From Octopus sinensis (lineage: Eukaryota): a stretch of 64,000 nt of DNA. The notes beneath the pieces are model-generated. The model made no database searches, had not been told where the DNA came from, and was given only the letters and a program-made list of their open reading frames with translations. Every line of letters begins with the position of its first letter. Within the stretch, counting starts at the first letter, position 1. The position numbers and the translations under genes are program-made. The stretch is taken from positions 24,709 through 88,708 of the forward strand of contig NW_021833038.1 in assembly GCF_006345805.1 (NCBI RefSeq), in the 5' to 3' direction. Shown in pieces: positions 10,577 to 24,080 of this stretch.

Positions 10577-11407
10577 TTGTTATCAATTAAGATATATATC
10601 CGGCCGGATGGCGCCCGGAATTTCAGATTAAACCCCCAACAGCACTTCTTGATTGTTCAAACAAGCTAACTTACTTGTAAGGTTTTATGGAAATCTATGG
10701 AAGATTCTCGGTGAAACAATTCTTACTTTGTAAAATTGACCTGATTTAACTGATTTCTGAATAAAATAACTTTCTTTTTTTTCTCGTTTTTAAAGCAGAC
10801 ATATTGTTCCCTTGCAATCAGAGAAATTATTTTCTCATTAATAAAATAGAAAACTGTGTTGGTTATTGTTATTGTAGTTGTTGTTGTCGTCGTCGTCGTC
10901 GTCGTCGTTGTTGTTGTTGTTGTTGTTGTTGCTGCTGCTGTTGCTGCTGCTGTTGTTGTTGCTTAGTTCAATACTAGTCCCGATCGAACGAATCTATGGT
11001 CAAACAACATATTTGGCACTTTACTTCTTTTTTTGTTTGTTTGTTCTTTGTTTTGTTCTGTTTTGTTTTTTTCAGTCAGTGAAGAACAATATCCAATATC
11101 GAAAAATCAGAAATGGAGACAGACAGACAGACAGAGCTGTAGAGGGAGGGAAGAGAGTAAAGTGAAACAAAGGGAGGGAGAAAGAAAAAGAGAAGAACGT
11201 GACAAGGAGGCTCCTACGAAGCTATAAGCTGCTTTTCGGGTTCTCAGAGGTGAGTCTGTTGCGCCTTATTGCAGAAACAGCTGTAGAGTAATGAAGTCCA
11301 TAAGATAATAATTTATACCTTAATTATATTTCTGTCTTATACCTTAATTATCTCTCTGTTTACTATCCATAAACAAACATATAAAACACTTCAAGGTATA
11401 TTTTTGT

Positions 11408-11483
11408 TCCCTCTGAAAATATATTCAGAAATATGAACTTAATATTTAATTCACTGAGTATTAATCGAAACAGCTGTAAGGGA
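11408..11483 (+). ncRNA. degenerate type I hammerhead with extended domain II (G8 to A)
   Basis: TCCCT-CTGAAAA-[ATATTCAG/CTGAGTAT stem with an inner AAATAT/ATATTT stem]-GAA-AC AGCT GT-A-AGGGA. Stem I is a perfect 5 bp. A second GAAACAGCTGTA sits at 11274. Confidence 0.55.
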
Positions 11484-11754
11484 TAATGCTTGATTTGTTG
11501 CTGATAATATATTCTTATTGCCTTCAGAATCTCCATTTACTTATATGAATATAAACTACAAGTTTTTATATACAGACCTATTATTTAAAGGAAATTTATT
11601 ACCACCAAAATATTAGGTATATATATGCATATGTATGTAAATACATGAGCAAGCATGTAAATGCAAAGCAAGGTCGAAGAATAGTACTCGATACCAAAAG
11701 TAGAGTATTAAGCTTTTTTATTAAAGCAGCAAAAGCATCCCAAAAATCGATAGA

Positions 11755-11758
11755 TATG

Positions 11759-11828
<70 letters not shown>

Positions 11829-11871
11829 CAGATAGACAGACAGACAGATTGATAGATAGATTGATAGATAT

Positions 11872-11947
<76 letters not shown>

Positions 11948-12060
11948 GTAAGTAGGTAGGTAGGTAGGTAGGTAGGTAGGTAGGTAGGTAGGTAGGTAGG
12001 TTGATAGACAGGTGGATAGGTAAGTAGGTAGAAAGATAGACAGATAGATAGATATGTATG
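11755..12060. repeat. (GATA)n/(GACA)n/(GGTA)n compound microsatellite
   Basis: Direct read. Confidence 0.96.
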
Positions 12061-12180
12061 TATATGTATATATGCATGTGTGTATATTCCAATATATCAA
12101 AATATACACTTTGATATACATACGAAATACGTACATGCAGATTTATTATTAAACATACGTTTGAGTGTCACAGGTGTGTG

Positions 12181-12241
<61 letters not shown>

Positions 12242-12837
12242 GTACACACACATACATAGATATTTATAGATATGCATATATATATGTATGCATGTATGTT
12301 GGTGTGTATGTACATATATATTTATAATCATGTGTGTACATGTCTGATTGTTTGTGTGTCTGTGTGTGTGTGCGTACGTGTATGTGAGAGAGAATGTATG
12401 TATATGTTTGTATAATATATATATCTGTCTACACAATATGTCTATAAGCAAAAATCATTCCAACCACAATTTTTCTTATCTTTAAAAATATTCTTATCTC
12501 TTTCTCGGTATTTTTGAATATATTTTATTTTAAATATTTTATATTCATTATTCTCAGCAGATTTTTTTATATGGTTTTTAAACAGTTTTGTATAAGTTTG
12601 GTTGTCTTTTTTATATTTAATTTATTATAATATATTTTATTTTAATGTTTTCATTTATTTATTCATTTTGGCAAAATGTGTTTGATTAATGTTAAACAGT
12701 GATTGATAGACTGGTGTATGGAACAGGGTGTTGGTCTGGTAGGATGGGCACGAATGGAAGGGAGGCGGCGAAAGAAGTGGAAGTTATGCGAGGCAGGAAA
12801 GGACGAAGGTGATTAATGGTCGGCACGAGTGTTTCAC

Positions 12838-12874
<37 letters not shown>

Positions 12875-12954
12875 AAACTATTGTTTCTTTGTTTTGCTTT
12901 GTTTTGTTTGTTTTTTTAGTTTCAGAAAATATACAGAACGAAATTTAGGGTGTA

Positions 12955-13065
12955 AGGAAGAAGAAGAAGAAGAAGAGAAGAAGAAGAAGAAGAAGAAGAA
13001 GAAGAAGAAGAAGAGAAGAAGAAGAAGAAGAAGAAGAAGAAGACGAAGAAGAAAGAAGGAATAAA
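12955..13065. repeat. (GAA)n microsatellite
   Basis: Direct read. Confidence 0.95.
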
Positions 13066-13145
13066 AAAAGAATGGGAAAGAAAAAAGAGATAACGATAGA
13101 TGTATTAAAAAGAGAGGAAAGCAAGGAAAGACAACACAAGAATAT

Positions 13146-13176
<31 letters not shown>

Positions 13177-13419
13177 GTTACGAAGGAAAATGTTGGAGAA
13201 GATTCTATAAAATCTAAGGAATATTTTAAAGAATAATTTTAAAGTATATAAATTGAAAATTTTACAACAAAAAGTTTTTTGGTCAAGTTTCAAGAATTAT
13301 TGGAAGCATGTCTCTAGATATAAATGATGCCTCATTCTTCTTTTTCATAATCATCATCATCATCATCATCAGCATCAGCATCATCATCATCATCATCCGT
13401 TATACGATTATTTATTACT

Positions 13420-13694
13420 ATTATTGTTGTTTTACTTCTCAGAGCGTTCGAACTTGTTTGGTCTGATAGATTCTCTGAGAGCAGACAGCAGCCTGTTGTC
13501 AGAGGTCTCACAGGGTCTCTTTCTGCACATTATAAGCCTTGATACTTGGTTGTTAATTATCGTGGGAGACATTCAACATTCAAGTTCCAATTTCAAAATC
13601 CTAGCTGTCCCCAACAGAGCAGCTTTTGGGGGGCTTGGATCTGCTCTCAAGCATTTCGACCGGCTCCCTAACGTTTCTACCAGCTCGCTATCTT

Positions 13695-13695
<1 letters not shown>
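13420..13695 (-). mobile_element. R4/Dong-type LINE 3' end remnant
   Basis: Minus translation LVETLGSRSKCL...PPKAALLGTARILK matches the C-terminal V..G.LG...QK.ALLGTA.IL motif of REL-endonuclease R4/Dong elements. An AAT-rich tail lies at ~13405-13430. Confidence 0.6.
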
Positions 13696-13755
<60 letters not shown>

Positions 13756-13756
13756 G

Positions 13757-14110
13757 TGGCATCTCAAGGCGACTACAGTACCAGTGATTGTAGGATCTCT
13801 AGGAATGATAAAAAAAGGTACTGAAACCTATTTGAAAATGATTCCAGGCTTACCATCCCTACAGGAAGTGCAAAAATCGTATTAACTGGAACGGCTCATG
13901 TACTGAGAAGAGCATTATCGCTGTGAAAACAACATCCATCCATGAATTTGTTTATTTATTAATTTTTAAATACATATTTTATCTGTGAATTTGCGCGTGT
14001 AATCTGGGAATGCATACAATGCCCTTCTCTGCCCTAGGTGTATGGAAGACACTCGGCGAGAAACGGAAGAAAATTTGAAGAAAGAAGGAAAAAACATAAT
14101 AATGATAATA
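13757..14110 (+). mobile_element. R4/Dong-type LINE 3' end remnant
   Basis: Translates KATTVPVIVGSLGMIKKGTETYLKMIPGLPSLQEVQK[fs]VLTGTAHVLRRALSL*, then a 3' UTR ending in AATAATGATAATAAT. It is preceded by (AAT)n at 13696-13755. Confidence 0.8.
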
Positions 14111-14111
14111 A

Positions 14112-14330
14112 TCCTTTTCTGCTAAGGGCACAAGGACAGCCATTTGGGGGGGAGGGGATGTGTCTATTATATCAACCCCAGTGTTTCACTGGTACTTAAT
14201 TAATCAACCCCGAAAGGATGAAAGGCAAAATCGACCCAAGCAGAATTTGAACTCAGAACGTAAAGACGAACGAAATACTGTTAAGCATTTCGCCCAAAGT
14301 GCTAACGATTCCACCAGTTCTGCGCCTCAG
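14112..14330 (-). mobile_element. SINE family B (tRNA head + TTTCATCCTTTCGGGGTCGATAAA..GTACCAG central domain), GTGCCC..AGTAGAAAGG(ATT)n-type tail
   Basis: Homologous to 38978-39210 except at the 3' tail. Confidence 0.8.
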
Positions 14331-14549
14331 TAATAAAATAATAATATAATAATAATCGTAATAATAATAATAATAGTAAAATAATAATAATAATATAATA
14401 ATAATAATATAATAATATAAGAAAGAAGAAGAAGAAGAAGAAGAAGAAGAAGAGAGAAGACTAAAGAAGAAGAAGAAGAAGAAGAAAAAAAGAAGAAGAA
14501 GAAAGGAAGAAAGAATAAGAAGAAGAAGAAGAAGAAGAAAGGAAAGTTG

Positions 14550-14811
14550 ATAGATATGACAGGTTAGCTTGGGAGATTAAGCAATTGTGGCCGATGAAAA
14601 AGGTGGTAGTAGTACCAATAATTGTCGGAACCTTGGGAACGGTGAGTAAAAATATTGAGAAGTACTTGGAACAAATAGAGGCTGCAATAAGGGCGGAGCA
14701 CTTGCAGAAAACAGTACTGCTTAGAATTGCTCGAATACTCCGGAAAGTGCTCGAAAATTAAGCGGTGTTACTTTAGTTCACTGGTAGTGAACTAAGGTAA
14801 TAATAATAATA

Positions 14812-14888
<77 letters not shown>

Positions 14889-14890
14889 CG
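14550..14890 (+). mobile_element. R4/Dong-type LINE 3' end remnant with (AAT)n tail
   Basis: Translates DRLAWEIKQLWPMKKVVVVPIIVGTLGTVSKNIEKYLEQIEAAIRAEHLQKTVLLRIARILRKVLEN*. A hairpin TTAGTTCAC-TGGTA-GTGAACTAA precedes (AAT)n at 14808-14890. Confidence 0.85.
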
Positions 14891-15519
14891 TAACAATAAT
14901 GACAACAGTAAAACAAAAATAACAACAATAGCAACCAAATTCGTTTTCAAGGGTGGGCGGAGCAGAAGCAGAATTTTTCGGATTTCGGTGCTTGCAGATG
15001 ATAGAAAACTTTGCTGATTTGTCAGACTTTAACAAGTTAACCTCAACAGAGAGTATTTAACATCAGATTTGTATTCCTGAAAAGCTAAAAGACATGTTGT
15101 TCTTATCTTTGGAATAATCTCCACGAAGAATCTCAGGAGACGCTGCTGTAGGAAGCAAAAAACACCCTTTTAACTGCTTTGTTGCAAAAGATCTCGATTG
15201 TATTGTTTAAATGTATTTCCTATTTACAAGTGTTGTTTAGAAAAATGAAGCTGTCATCGAAACAGATGGTATTTCCATTCTATACATACATACATGCATA
15301 CGCCCATGCATACATGCATACGCCCATGCATACATGCATACATAAATGCATACATAGAAATGTACATACACACACATATCCATACATATGCATATATAGC
15401 CTTACACAGAGATATATATGTGTATGTAAATGTGTTTGTGTATTACTATACAAACACAGACACATCTATATATCCATTTACTTATATACTCACACACACC
15501 ATATATATATACATATTAC

Positions 15520-15591
<72 letters not shown>

Positions 15592-16169
15592 GTATATGTA
15601 TGTATGTATATATGTATATATGTATATATATAGATAGGTAGGTGGGTAGGTAGATAGATAGATAGACAGATAGATAGATAGATAGATATATATATATATA
15701 TAGACAGATAGATAGATAGATAGATATGTATATGCGCGCGTGCGACGTGTGTGTGAGTGTGAGTGTGTGTGTATGTGTGTGTATGTGTATGTGTGTGTGT
15801 GCATAGTGATGGACACATAGACAGACAGAGATCCCTACGCTTGAGTTCTATTTCAGCAGAAGTTACTTAAAGCATTCTGTGCTTTGTAACGATGGCAATG
15901 ATGATGATGATGAGGAGGAGGAGGAGGACGGTGGTGGTCGTCGTCGTCGTCGTCGTCGTCGTAGTGGAGATGGTTGTCGAGCAGTGGGGTTGGGGTTGAG
16001 GTGTCGGTGGCGGTGACCTTCTTGTGACCAGAAAAAAACGCTAACTGAAAGGGAACTATGCTAAAAGACATTCCATACGTGACCATCCGTTTTATTCAAG
16101 GTTGTGTAGGTCAACATCGTATAACCCGCTCTCAGCCCATATAAGTTGCTTCGGCGTAATTCGAGGGAT

Positions 16170-16334
16170 GCTTCACTGACATTTCTAGGAGGTCAAACGT
16201 TTAGCTTCTCTTATACGACTGACGTGGGAAGCAGGCGCCTGGTGGCGTCTTATTTGCTCTTCAATATCGTATTCATAGCTGCATCGAGTAATGGATTGGT
16301 TCGTCAAATGAAAGGTGGCAGACGAGAGAGTTCC
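16170..16334 (-). other. possible exon of an unidentified minus-strand gene
   Basis: Long pyrimidine tract ending ...TTCTTTTGCGCTTTAG acceptor, then one open frame (TLSSATFHLTNQSITRCSYEYDIEEQIRRHQAPASHVSRIREAKRLTS*). No family recognised. Confidence 0.2.
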
Positions 16335-16404
16335 TAAAGCGCAAAAGAAATGGAAACGTCGTGGAAGGAAGTCAAAGAGCAAACCGAAGACGGAAGACAA
16401 AAGG

Positions 16405-16520
16405 AGAAGAAAGAAAAGAAGAAGAAAGAGAAGAAGAAGAAGAAGAAGAAGAAGAAGAAGAAGAAGAAGAAGAAGAAGAAGAAGAAGAAGAAGAAGAAGA
16501 AGAAGAAGAAGAAGGAATAG
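16405..16520. repeat. (GAA)n microsatellite
   Basis: Direct read. Confidence 0.95.
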
Positions 16521-16652
16521 AAGAAGAAAAAGAAGAAAAGAAGAAAGTTGAACAGACGAAATCTGAACCAGAGAAGAAACCGTCGAAAGAAAAGAAGCAA
16601 GAGAAAAATAAATTCCGCCCCACACACACACACGTACACGCCGCCAACACCA

Positions 16653-16684
<32 letters not shown>

Positions 16685-17051
16685 CCAAAAACATCATCAA
16701 CACCACCACCATCAACACCACCACCAACACCACCAAAACGTTGAATCTAACTTTCTTTCCCTATACCACAAAAAATCTCTTTTTAGCTGCAAAACTCAAA
16801 AACACAGATTCTAAAACCTTTTTCTATAAAAAATACCCAAAGCAACGTGTAACTCATTTTTCCTTGTTCGCTTCCATTCTTCTCACCTTTTTTTTTTTAA
16901 ATATGGTTATATAATTTACATGAATGTATGTATGTATGTATGTATGTATGTATGTATGTATGTATGTGTGTGTATGTATGTATGTATGTATGTATGTATG
17001 TGTGTGTATGTATGTATGCCTATATGTTGTATGTATGTATGTATGTATGTA

Positions 17052-17082
<31 letters not shown>

Positions 17083-17464
17083 ATGTATGTATGTGTGTGT
17101 ATGTATGTATGCATACTGAAGTCACCGTGAGAATGCGTATACCAATATAATTTCAGTAGAACTGTCATACAAAAAACATTTGTTCTGTGAAAACGCACTT
17201 TTTTGTAAAAGAATATATATATCCACATAAACACAGACAGACAGACAGACAGACAGACAGGCAGACAGACAGACAGACAGACAGACAGATAGATATATAT
17301 ACAAGTACAAATGTGTGTGTATATATACATATATATATATGTATGTATGCACCAGTATGTTAGACAGATAGACACACATACAATCACATATACACAAACG
17401 TACATACATACATGTATACATACATACATACGTATATACGTACGTACATAGATACATACATACA

Positions 17465-17496
<32 letters not shown>

Positions 17497-18038
17497 ACAC
17501 CATAAAGTTACGAGCTACGAGAGGCGAATATATTTTTTTATGAAACAACGTTACTTCCATCGGATTACGTTTGTTTCGTAACCATTCTGATATAGTCGTT
17601 ATTTCTGTGCGCTCCGGCAATCTGAGGAGCTAGCTTTCTTTATATCAATTGATGAATATACATCAGTATGGCTTAATGCTCAGCATTCATTTTCATGTAA
17701 ACGTATACGCATAATTTCTTCTATGCTGAAATGCATATTACGCGAAGATTCTTGCGAAACGTTCGTGGGCCTATGGAAGTCACGTGATTAAAGAAATACA
17801 TGTTCATCTATCACACTTCCTGGTTTTATGGTTTTATTTACTACTCAGGAAATATTTTTATCAATCGGATGTTCTGGATTTTCAGTTACACGGACACTTT
17901 ACATTACACATCTCTATAACTGTTTGTAATGTGGGCTGATAGCCGAATCCGTAAGAGGAGCTTCCTGTGATGGGCGTACTATTCTCTGAAAACACACTTT
18001 GTACTACTCCTGTACATACACACATACAAGCATACATG

Positions 18039-18081
<43 letters not shown>

Positions 18082-18194
18082 CGCGTAATGAAATTAAGAA
18101 GACGAAGAATGAATTTAAAGCAACAGTTGTTTGTAAATCCCTCCATTTCTAATCCTATTGTATGAAAGTGAAGCATTTGCTTTCCACCCGGCCA

Positions 18195-18775
18195 GTTGCC
18201 GGGTGGGTCCTTAGAACTTACAGAACAAGGGATCAGGAAACCTCGACAGTCCTTTGCAGGACATTTGTCCTCGGCCGCTTAAATTGCGGCTCCCAATTAT
18301 GGTCACCACACGGTGTAAAATTACCGCCAGAACTCGAAGCAATCCCGTCAAGTTACACAAAGACCGTCTCAATACAACATGTCAGCTTTTTGGAAAAACT
18401 GGGACAGTCAAGACAGAACGACGAAGATTATCAGTGAAATACATCTTGAAAAGTGACACGAACAACAGAACTGAATAATGCCAAAGTTCCCAACATCGCC
18501 ATCAAGATACAGGATACGTTTCAAGGGACCACAGCTCCTCAATAATTCATCCCCACCCCCAAAAAACCTGAGAGACTTACATGGGGTGGATGTAGGTGTC
18601 TTGAAAAAAAAAACTGGATCTCCTCCTTTCAAAGCCTACCTCGCAGTAGGAAAGGCATCTGAGGGCAACGACATCAAATTCCCTCGTTCACCAAATTCTC
18701 CATACAGCAGGAGGAGTCAACTAACGCAGGTGCCCCAGCATGGCCGCACCTCACGAGCTGAAAACTAGTTAACGA
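18195..18775 (+). mobile_element. CR1-like LINE, degenerate 3' end
   Basis: RTYRTRDQET..L..TFVLGRLNCGSQLWSPH..KL..ELEAI, later RFKGPQLLN..PKNLRDLHGVDVGVLKKK: a CR1-clade post-RT C-terminus. It ends in GGTGCCCCAGCATGGCCGCA-stemloop-GAAAACTAG. Confidence 0.85.
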
Positions 18776-19076
18776 AATATAGAGTTAGATAAGTACACAT
18801 TCACGTGTGCATACGTATTCTATGCGATATATAGATAAGGTTTTTATAGCAAGCTGTGCGAATGCGCATGTGTGTATGTATTAAGCGTAAATATACACGT
18901 AGCCATACATGTCAGCGGTTTGCTCACAAAAACTGAACACGTTTGTACAGAAAACACGCCAGCATTTTCTCACAGACACAAATACAGATCACTGCAGATG
19001 CTTTATCTATGAATCCATTTTTGCATATATGCATTAGATACACACACACACATGCATATATACATATGTATGTATG

Positions 19077-19110
<34 letters not shown>

Positions 19111-19132
19111 TGTATGTATGTATGTATGTATG

Positions 19133-19164
<32 letters not shown>

Positions 19165-19799
19165 TGTATGTATGTATGTATGTATGTATGTACGAATTAA
19201 TGTATACGTGTGTACATGCAGAATATTGGTTTCTGCATAAACTTGAATGTGTGTTTATACAACACTCTCATATGTGTGTGTGTGTGTGTACTATATATTA
19301 TATTATATTTTATACAGTGAATATGAATATTTGTGTGTATGTGTGTCTCTGTTTGTATATATGTGTCTATGTACGTGCATATATATGTATGTATGTGTAT
19401 GTGTGTAAGTATGCATTTATGTGTGTGTGTTGTATGTACGTATTTTTGTTTTTGTTTTGTTGTTTTTTTTTGGTTTTTTTGTCTGCCATAAAGCAACTGG
19501 CAACGTTTAAAGAGAATCCAAAACAGTTAAATTCACGTAAATATTCTGGAATCTTCTCATGAAAAGATCTGATCAAAGCAACAACATATGCTTCGGTTTC
19601 TCTATCGGGTTTTTAGCTGTGAGAAAGTACTCAATACACTCGCACTCACATACATGCACACCAACAAAAACACACACTCACGTACACACGCGTGCACACA
19701 GTGCCAAATATAAACACACACTTACACACAATATATTTGAAATTTGTATGTTTTTCTTTTTTGTTTATATTTGTTTTTAATTTCTTTTCAATATTTTCA

Positions 19800-19928
19800 G
19801 AAGACGGTGAGAATGCCAAGATAAAATCCCTTGCAGTAATCCTTACGGCCCACTGCGTTATGAGTTCAAATCCCTCTGAAGTTGATTTTGTTTCGCATCC
19901 CTTTGGGGACGATAAATTAAGTACCACT
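19800..19928 (+). mobile_element. SINE family B, degenerate fragment
   Basis: GAGTTCAAATCCC...TTTCGCATCCCTTTGGGGACGATAAATTAAGTACCA. Confidence 0.65.
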
Positions 19929-20025
19929 AAGGCGATAACGAGTTTCCTCTCTCATCTCTAACACACTTTCTCGTTCTGTCTCTGCCTTTACCTTTCTCTG
20001 TCTTTCTCCCACCTGGCTTTCCCCC

Positions 20026-20132
<107 letters not shown>

Positions 20133-22445
20133 GATAAAAGGGAATCGTAGAGAACGTCACTTCTGCGACTCTATATCCAGAAATGGACTGCGGTTGGCTG
20201 AAGAGCTAACAAGGTCGTCCCATAGATACATATATATATATAAGAGAGAGGGGGACACAGAGGGACGATAGAAGTGAGAGAGAGGGGGAAAGAGAGAAAG
20301 AAATAGGAAAAGAGGGAGAGAGCGGTTGTGAGGGAGAGGTAGTACAGGAGTGAGAATTAGTGGAAGATAAGGGAGAGAAAGGGTTTGTATAATGGAGAGA
20401 GAAGCGTGTAGATGAGAGAAAGAGTGAGTGAGAGGGGGAGCAAAAGGGTAGATGAGGGAGTGTGTATAAGGATGTGTGACCATGAGAGAGAGACAGACAG
20501 ACAGAAAGAGGAAAGGGTTTATGTGTGTGTGTAAGAGAGAGGGGGTTGAGAGGCGCTGGAAGAAGATGGTGATGAAGAAAGACAGTTAGTATGATAGAGA
20601 AGATCATAGATGAGAGAGAGAGAGAGAGAGAGAGATGGTAGATGAAAGAGAGAATGTGAGAAAGTATGTGTGAGAGACAGAGAGAGATATAGAAAAGATG
20701 GTTGACGAAAGAGCGAGATTGTGTTTGTTTGAGGGAGAGAGAGAGAGAGAGAGAGTAAGAGAGTGTTAGAGAGAGTTAAAGAGAGAGTGAGTGAGAAAAT
20801 GAGGTAGAGAGAGAGAGATAGAAGCTCTGTAGGCAACAGCGGTAAATATTGACAGTTTTGCTGACGTATATTGCTGGCAGCAATGATGAAGAATGACTAA
20901 AACCAATTAATTAACAGGTAGAAACAGCTGATAGAAAGATAATTAGCAATTAGGCAGGTAGGTGAAAGGTAAAGTTGGGTTGGTAAATAGAGGATCTACG
21001 TTTCATTCGACAGATTGAGGTTACAGGTTCGAAATATTCCCACGGCTATGGGCACATCTTCATTTATGGGATTTAACTGCTAGAAATAGCAGCCAAATAT
21101 CTGTCAAACCACAATCTACTGCTTAAAGAGTAAGGAAAACATGCTAGTTATCGCGGCCGAATAATCCATAAATCACAACGTACTGTTTAGAAGAGACAAG
21201 TAAGATATAACGACCAAATATCCATCAAAACCTAGTTTAGTGTTCTGGAGAGAGCGATACATGTTAGATATAGTAACCATAAACCCTCAAATCACAGGCT
21301 ACCATCTTAGATTTTAGTGTTGAAAAGATTCTGTATAAATAGCACAAAATGATTCAGTTTATGTAGAGACATAGAGAAACTTATTTTGGAAAAGATTCAT
21401 GAAATTATCTAAAAAGAAGAAATCTGAGCTTTTTACTAAATGTCGCCACTTCGAAAAATACTAGCGGAGATTTTAAAAATTGAACCGCCAACACTTTAAA
21501 CTTATAGCATGAAACCAGCAAACAAATTCTTTCTTTTATCTGTATTTATTATCAATATTATTATCTATATTATCTGTATTTATTATCTATATTTATTATC
21601 ACTGTTAGTTGGCGCAATATATGTTAATATATTCTGGAAGTTAACACCAGCTGCGGTTAAACAAAAAGACTCGCTCAATTTATCTGGTTACTTCTGTCAT
21701 TCATTTATTAGATAGATTTATCACGTTAATCTCAATTAATAACAACTCATTGGTCATTTTTTTAATCCTTCGACACACTCATGAAAGCTTTTGAAGATTT
21801 TGTTTGTTAAATTGATTCTATTTCCCATATTGATATTAACGTAAATAGGCAAAAGGCCGGCCATCATGTTGCCATCAAGAAAGCATCTCCCTAGTTACAT
21901 ATAATCATATAGAGTGGTGCCTCCGACATTCACTCGCATCCGACCATGAATGTTACATATGAGTAACACTCTCCATGCGTGAAAGTCAGGTACGGCACTT
22001 TTTGTTGATTGCAAGGGTGTATAAACAACCATTACATAATTATATGTATATGGTTGTTGTCTACGCGTTGGACGAGTAGAACCATCTCTGGCGGTAAAGC
22101 CAGCTGTGCCCGTTCAAGGGTTTTTAGGTCGAGTGCGGCTTGAGCAACACCACGTCAACTCTCTCTAGCAACACCAAGAAATCCCAAAACAAGCAAAATG
22201 CAAGATGTCCGGCGCAGAAGAGTTAGCATTCTTCTAGAGAAAGACCAGCGGTTCCTCTTTCCCAGTGGGCTTACGGCGCCCTCGGCTGCCAACCCAGACA
22301 TTCCTACATCTCGGCGCACATATGTACGTACATACATACATACATACTTACATACATACATACATACACATACATACATACTCCGTGTATGTGTGTGTGA
22401 GTGAGTTCGCGCATAAAATACTGAAAATTCAATTTATGCAAGGGT

Positions 22446-22476
<31 letters not shown>

Positions 22477-22547
22477 AAGTGTGTACATATATAAATGTAT
22501 GTATTTACATATACATAAATACATATATACATGTGTGTGTAGATATA

Positions 22548-22603
<56 letters not shown>

Positions 22604-22641
22604 CATATATATACATACATACATGCATATACATATATATA

Positions 22642-22692
<51 letters not shown>

Positions 22693-22778
22693 AGGGAGAG
22701 AGAAGGAGTTTTATATATAAATATTGAATGATAGATATAGATACATAACACATACCATAAATATTCACATATATTTAT

Positions 22779-22839
<61 letters not shown>

Positions 22840-22941
22840 TACACACGAACACACATAAGCTTACACATTACACACATTCATGCACACAGACGAGGTCGTA
22901 TGAACTCTCTCTCTCTCTCTCTCTTTCTCTTTCTCTTTCTT

Positions 22942-22973
<32 letters not shown>

Positions 22974-23153
22974 GCACACACACACACACAAGAACATTGA
23001 TACGTAAGATTTGCCTGAATTTCGTTAATTAGGGAAATGGAGAAATTTCCCTCTCCAATTTTTTCAACCAAATCGAAGCAGATCTTCGGAGAATATGAAC
23101 TTGAAGAATAACAGATAAAAAAGATCTTTACGTATTCTTCTTCTTCAACTCAC

Positions 23154-23223
<70 letters not shown>

Positions 23224-23274
23224 CTTCTCATCATATTTCTTTATACAGCTTTCTTTCTTCTCCGTGTGTCTTAC

Positions 23275-23331
23275 CTTCTGCAACAATATGGCGTCTATCA
23301 TCTCCCCCCCTCCCTCCGTTGACACGTAAAA
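23275..23331 (-). other. possible 57-nt exon (FYVSTEGGGEMIDAILLQK)
   Basis: Minus strand CTCTCCCACAG acceptor, then 57 nt open in frame 0, then a strong AAG|GTAAGA donor. Confidence 0.3.
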
Positions 23332-23635
23332 CTGTGGGAGAGCTATTTTTTTTATTATTTTTTTTAGCTCGTTAATGTTATATATGTGTATAACCCTTGC
23401 ATATTGGTTTTGTAGCTGGTGCTGGGGGGTTAGTGTTGCTGTTGCTGGTGTTGTAGTTGGTACTGTTTTTGTTCCGGTATGTTTCGCTACATTTCGCTAC
23501 TTTTGGAGGGAGAACATATTTTCCGCTTGTTTCCCATCCTGCATCACGATCCGTCCATACTGTTCGTTGTGGTGAGATGCGTGTATATGTGTATGCATGG
23601 TGAGGTGTGTATGTATGTATGTATGTATGTTTGTG

Positions 23636-23671
<36 letters not shown>

Positions 23672-24001
23672 GATGTATCTGTAGCTATCTATATGTGTGT
23701 ACGCAGGGGGCATGTTGTGTGCTCTCTCTCTCTCTCCCTCTCTCTCTCTCTCCCTCTCTGTTCTGTGCGTGTGTGCGTGTGTGTACGTGAGTGTGAATAT
23801 GATGCGTGTATGTTAGGTGAGTGTGTCCATCTGTAATTCTATAAACACAAGCGCGCGTGTGTGCGCGCGTGTGTGTGCGTGCGTGCGTGAATGTGTGTGT
23901 GTGTTTGTGTGTGGATTCTGCTGCTGAAAAGGATTACATCTTGGCATTTTTAATACGGATCAAAGGAAGCTGCATTATGAAAGAGCATTTCTCCCTCTCC
24001 G

Positions 24002-24080
<79 letters not shown>

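Noticed and set aside
17735-17770. Further degenerate hammerhead-like pieces (also ~2960-2990, ~34600-34635, ~38165-38205, ~61017-61045)
   Set aside because: Each lacks two or more core elements, so they are not counted.
22024-22058. pre-miRNA
   Set aside because: The hairpin is only ~35 nt, too short for a canonical precursor.
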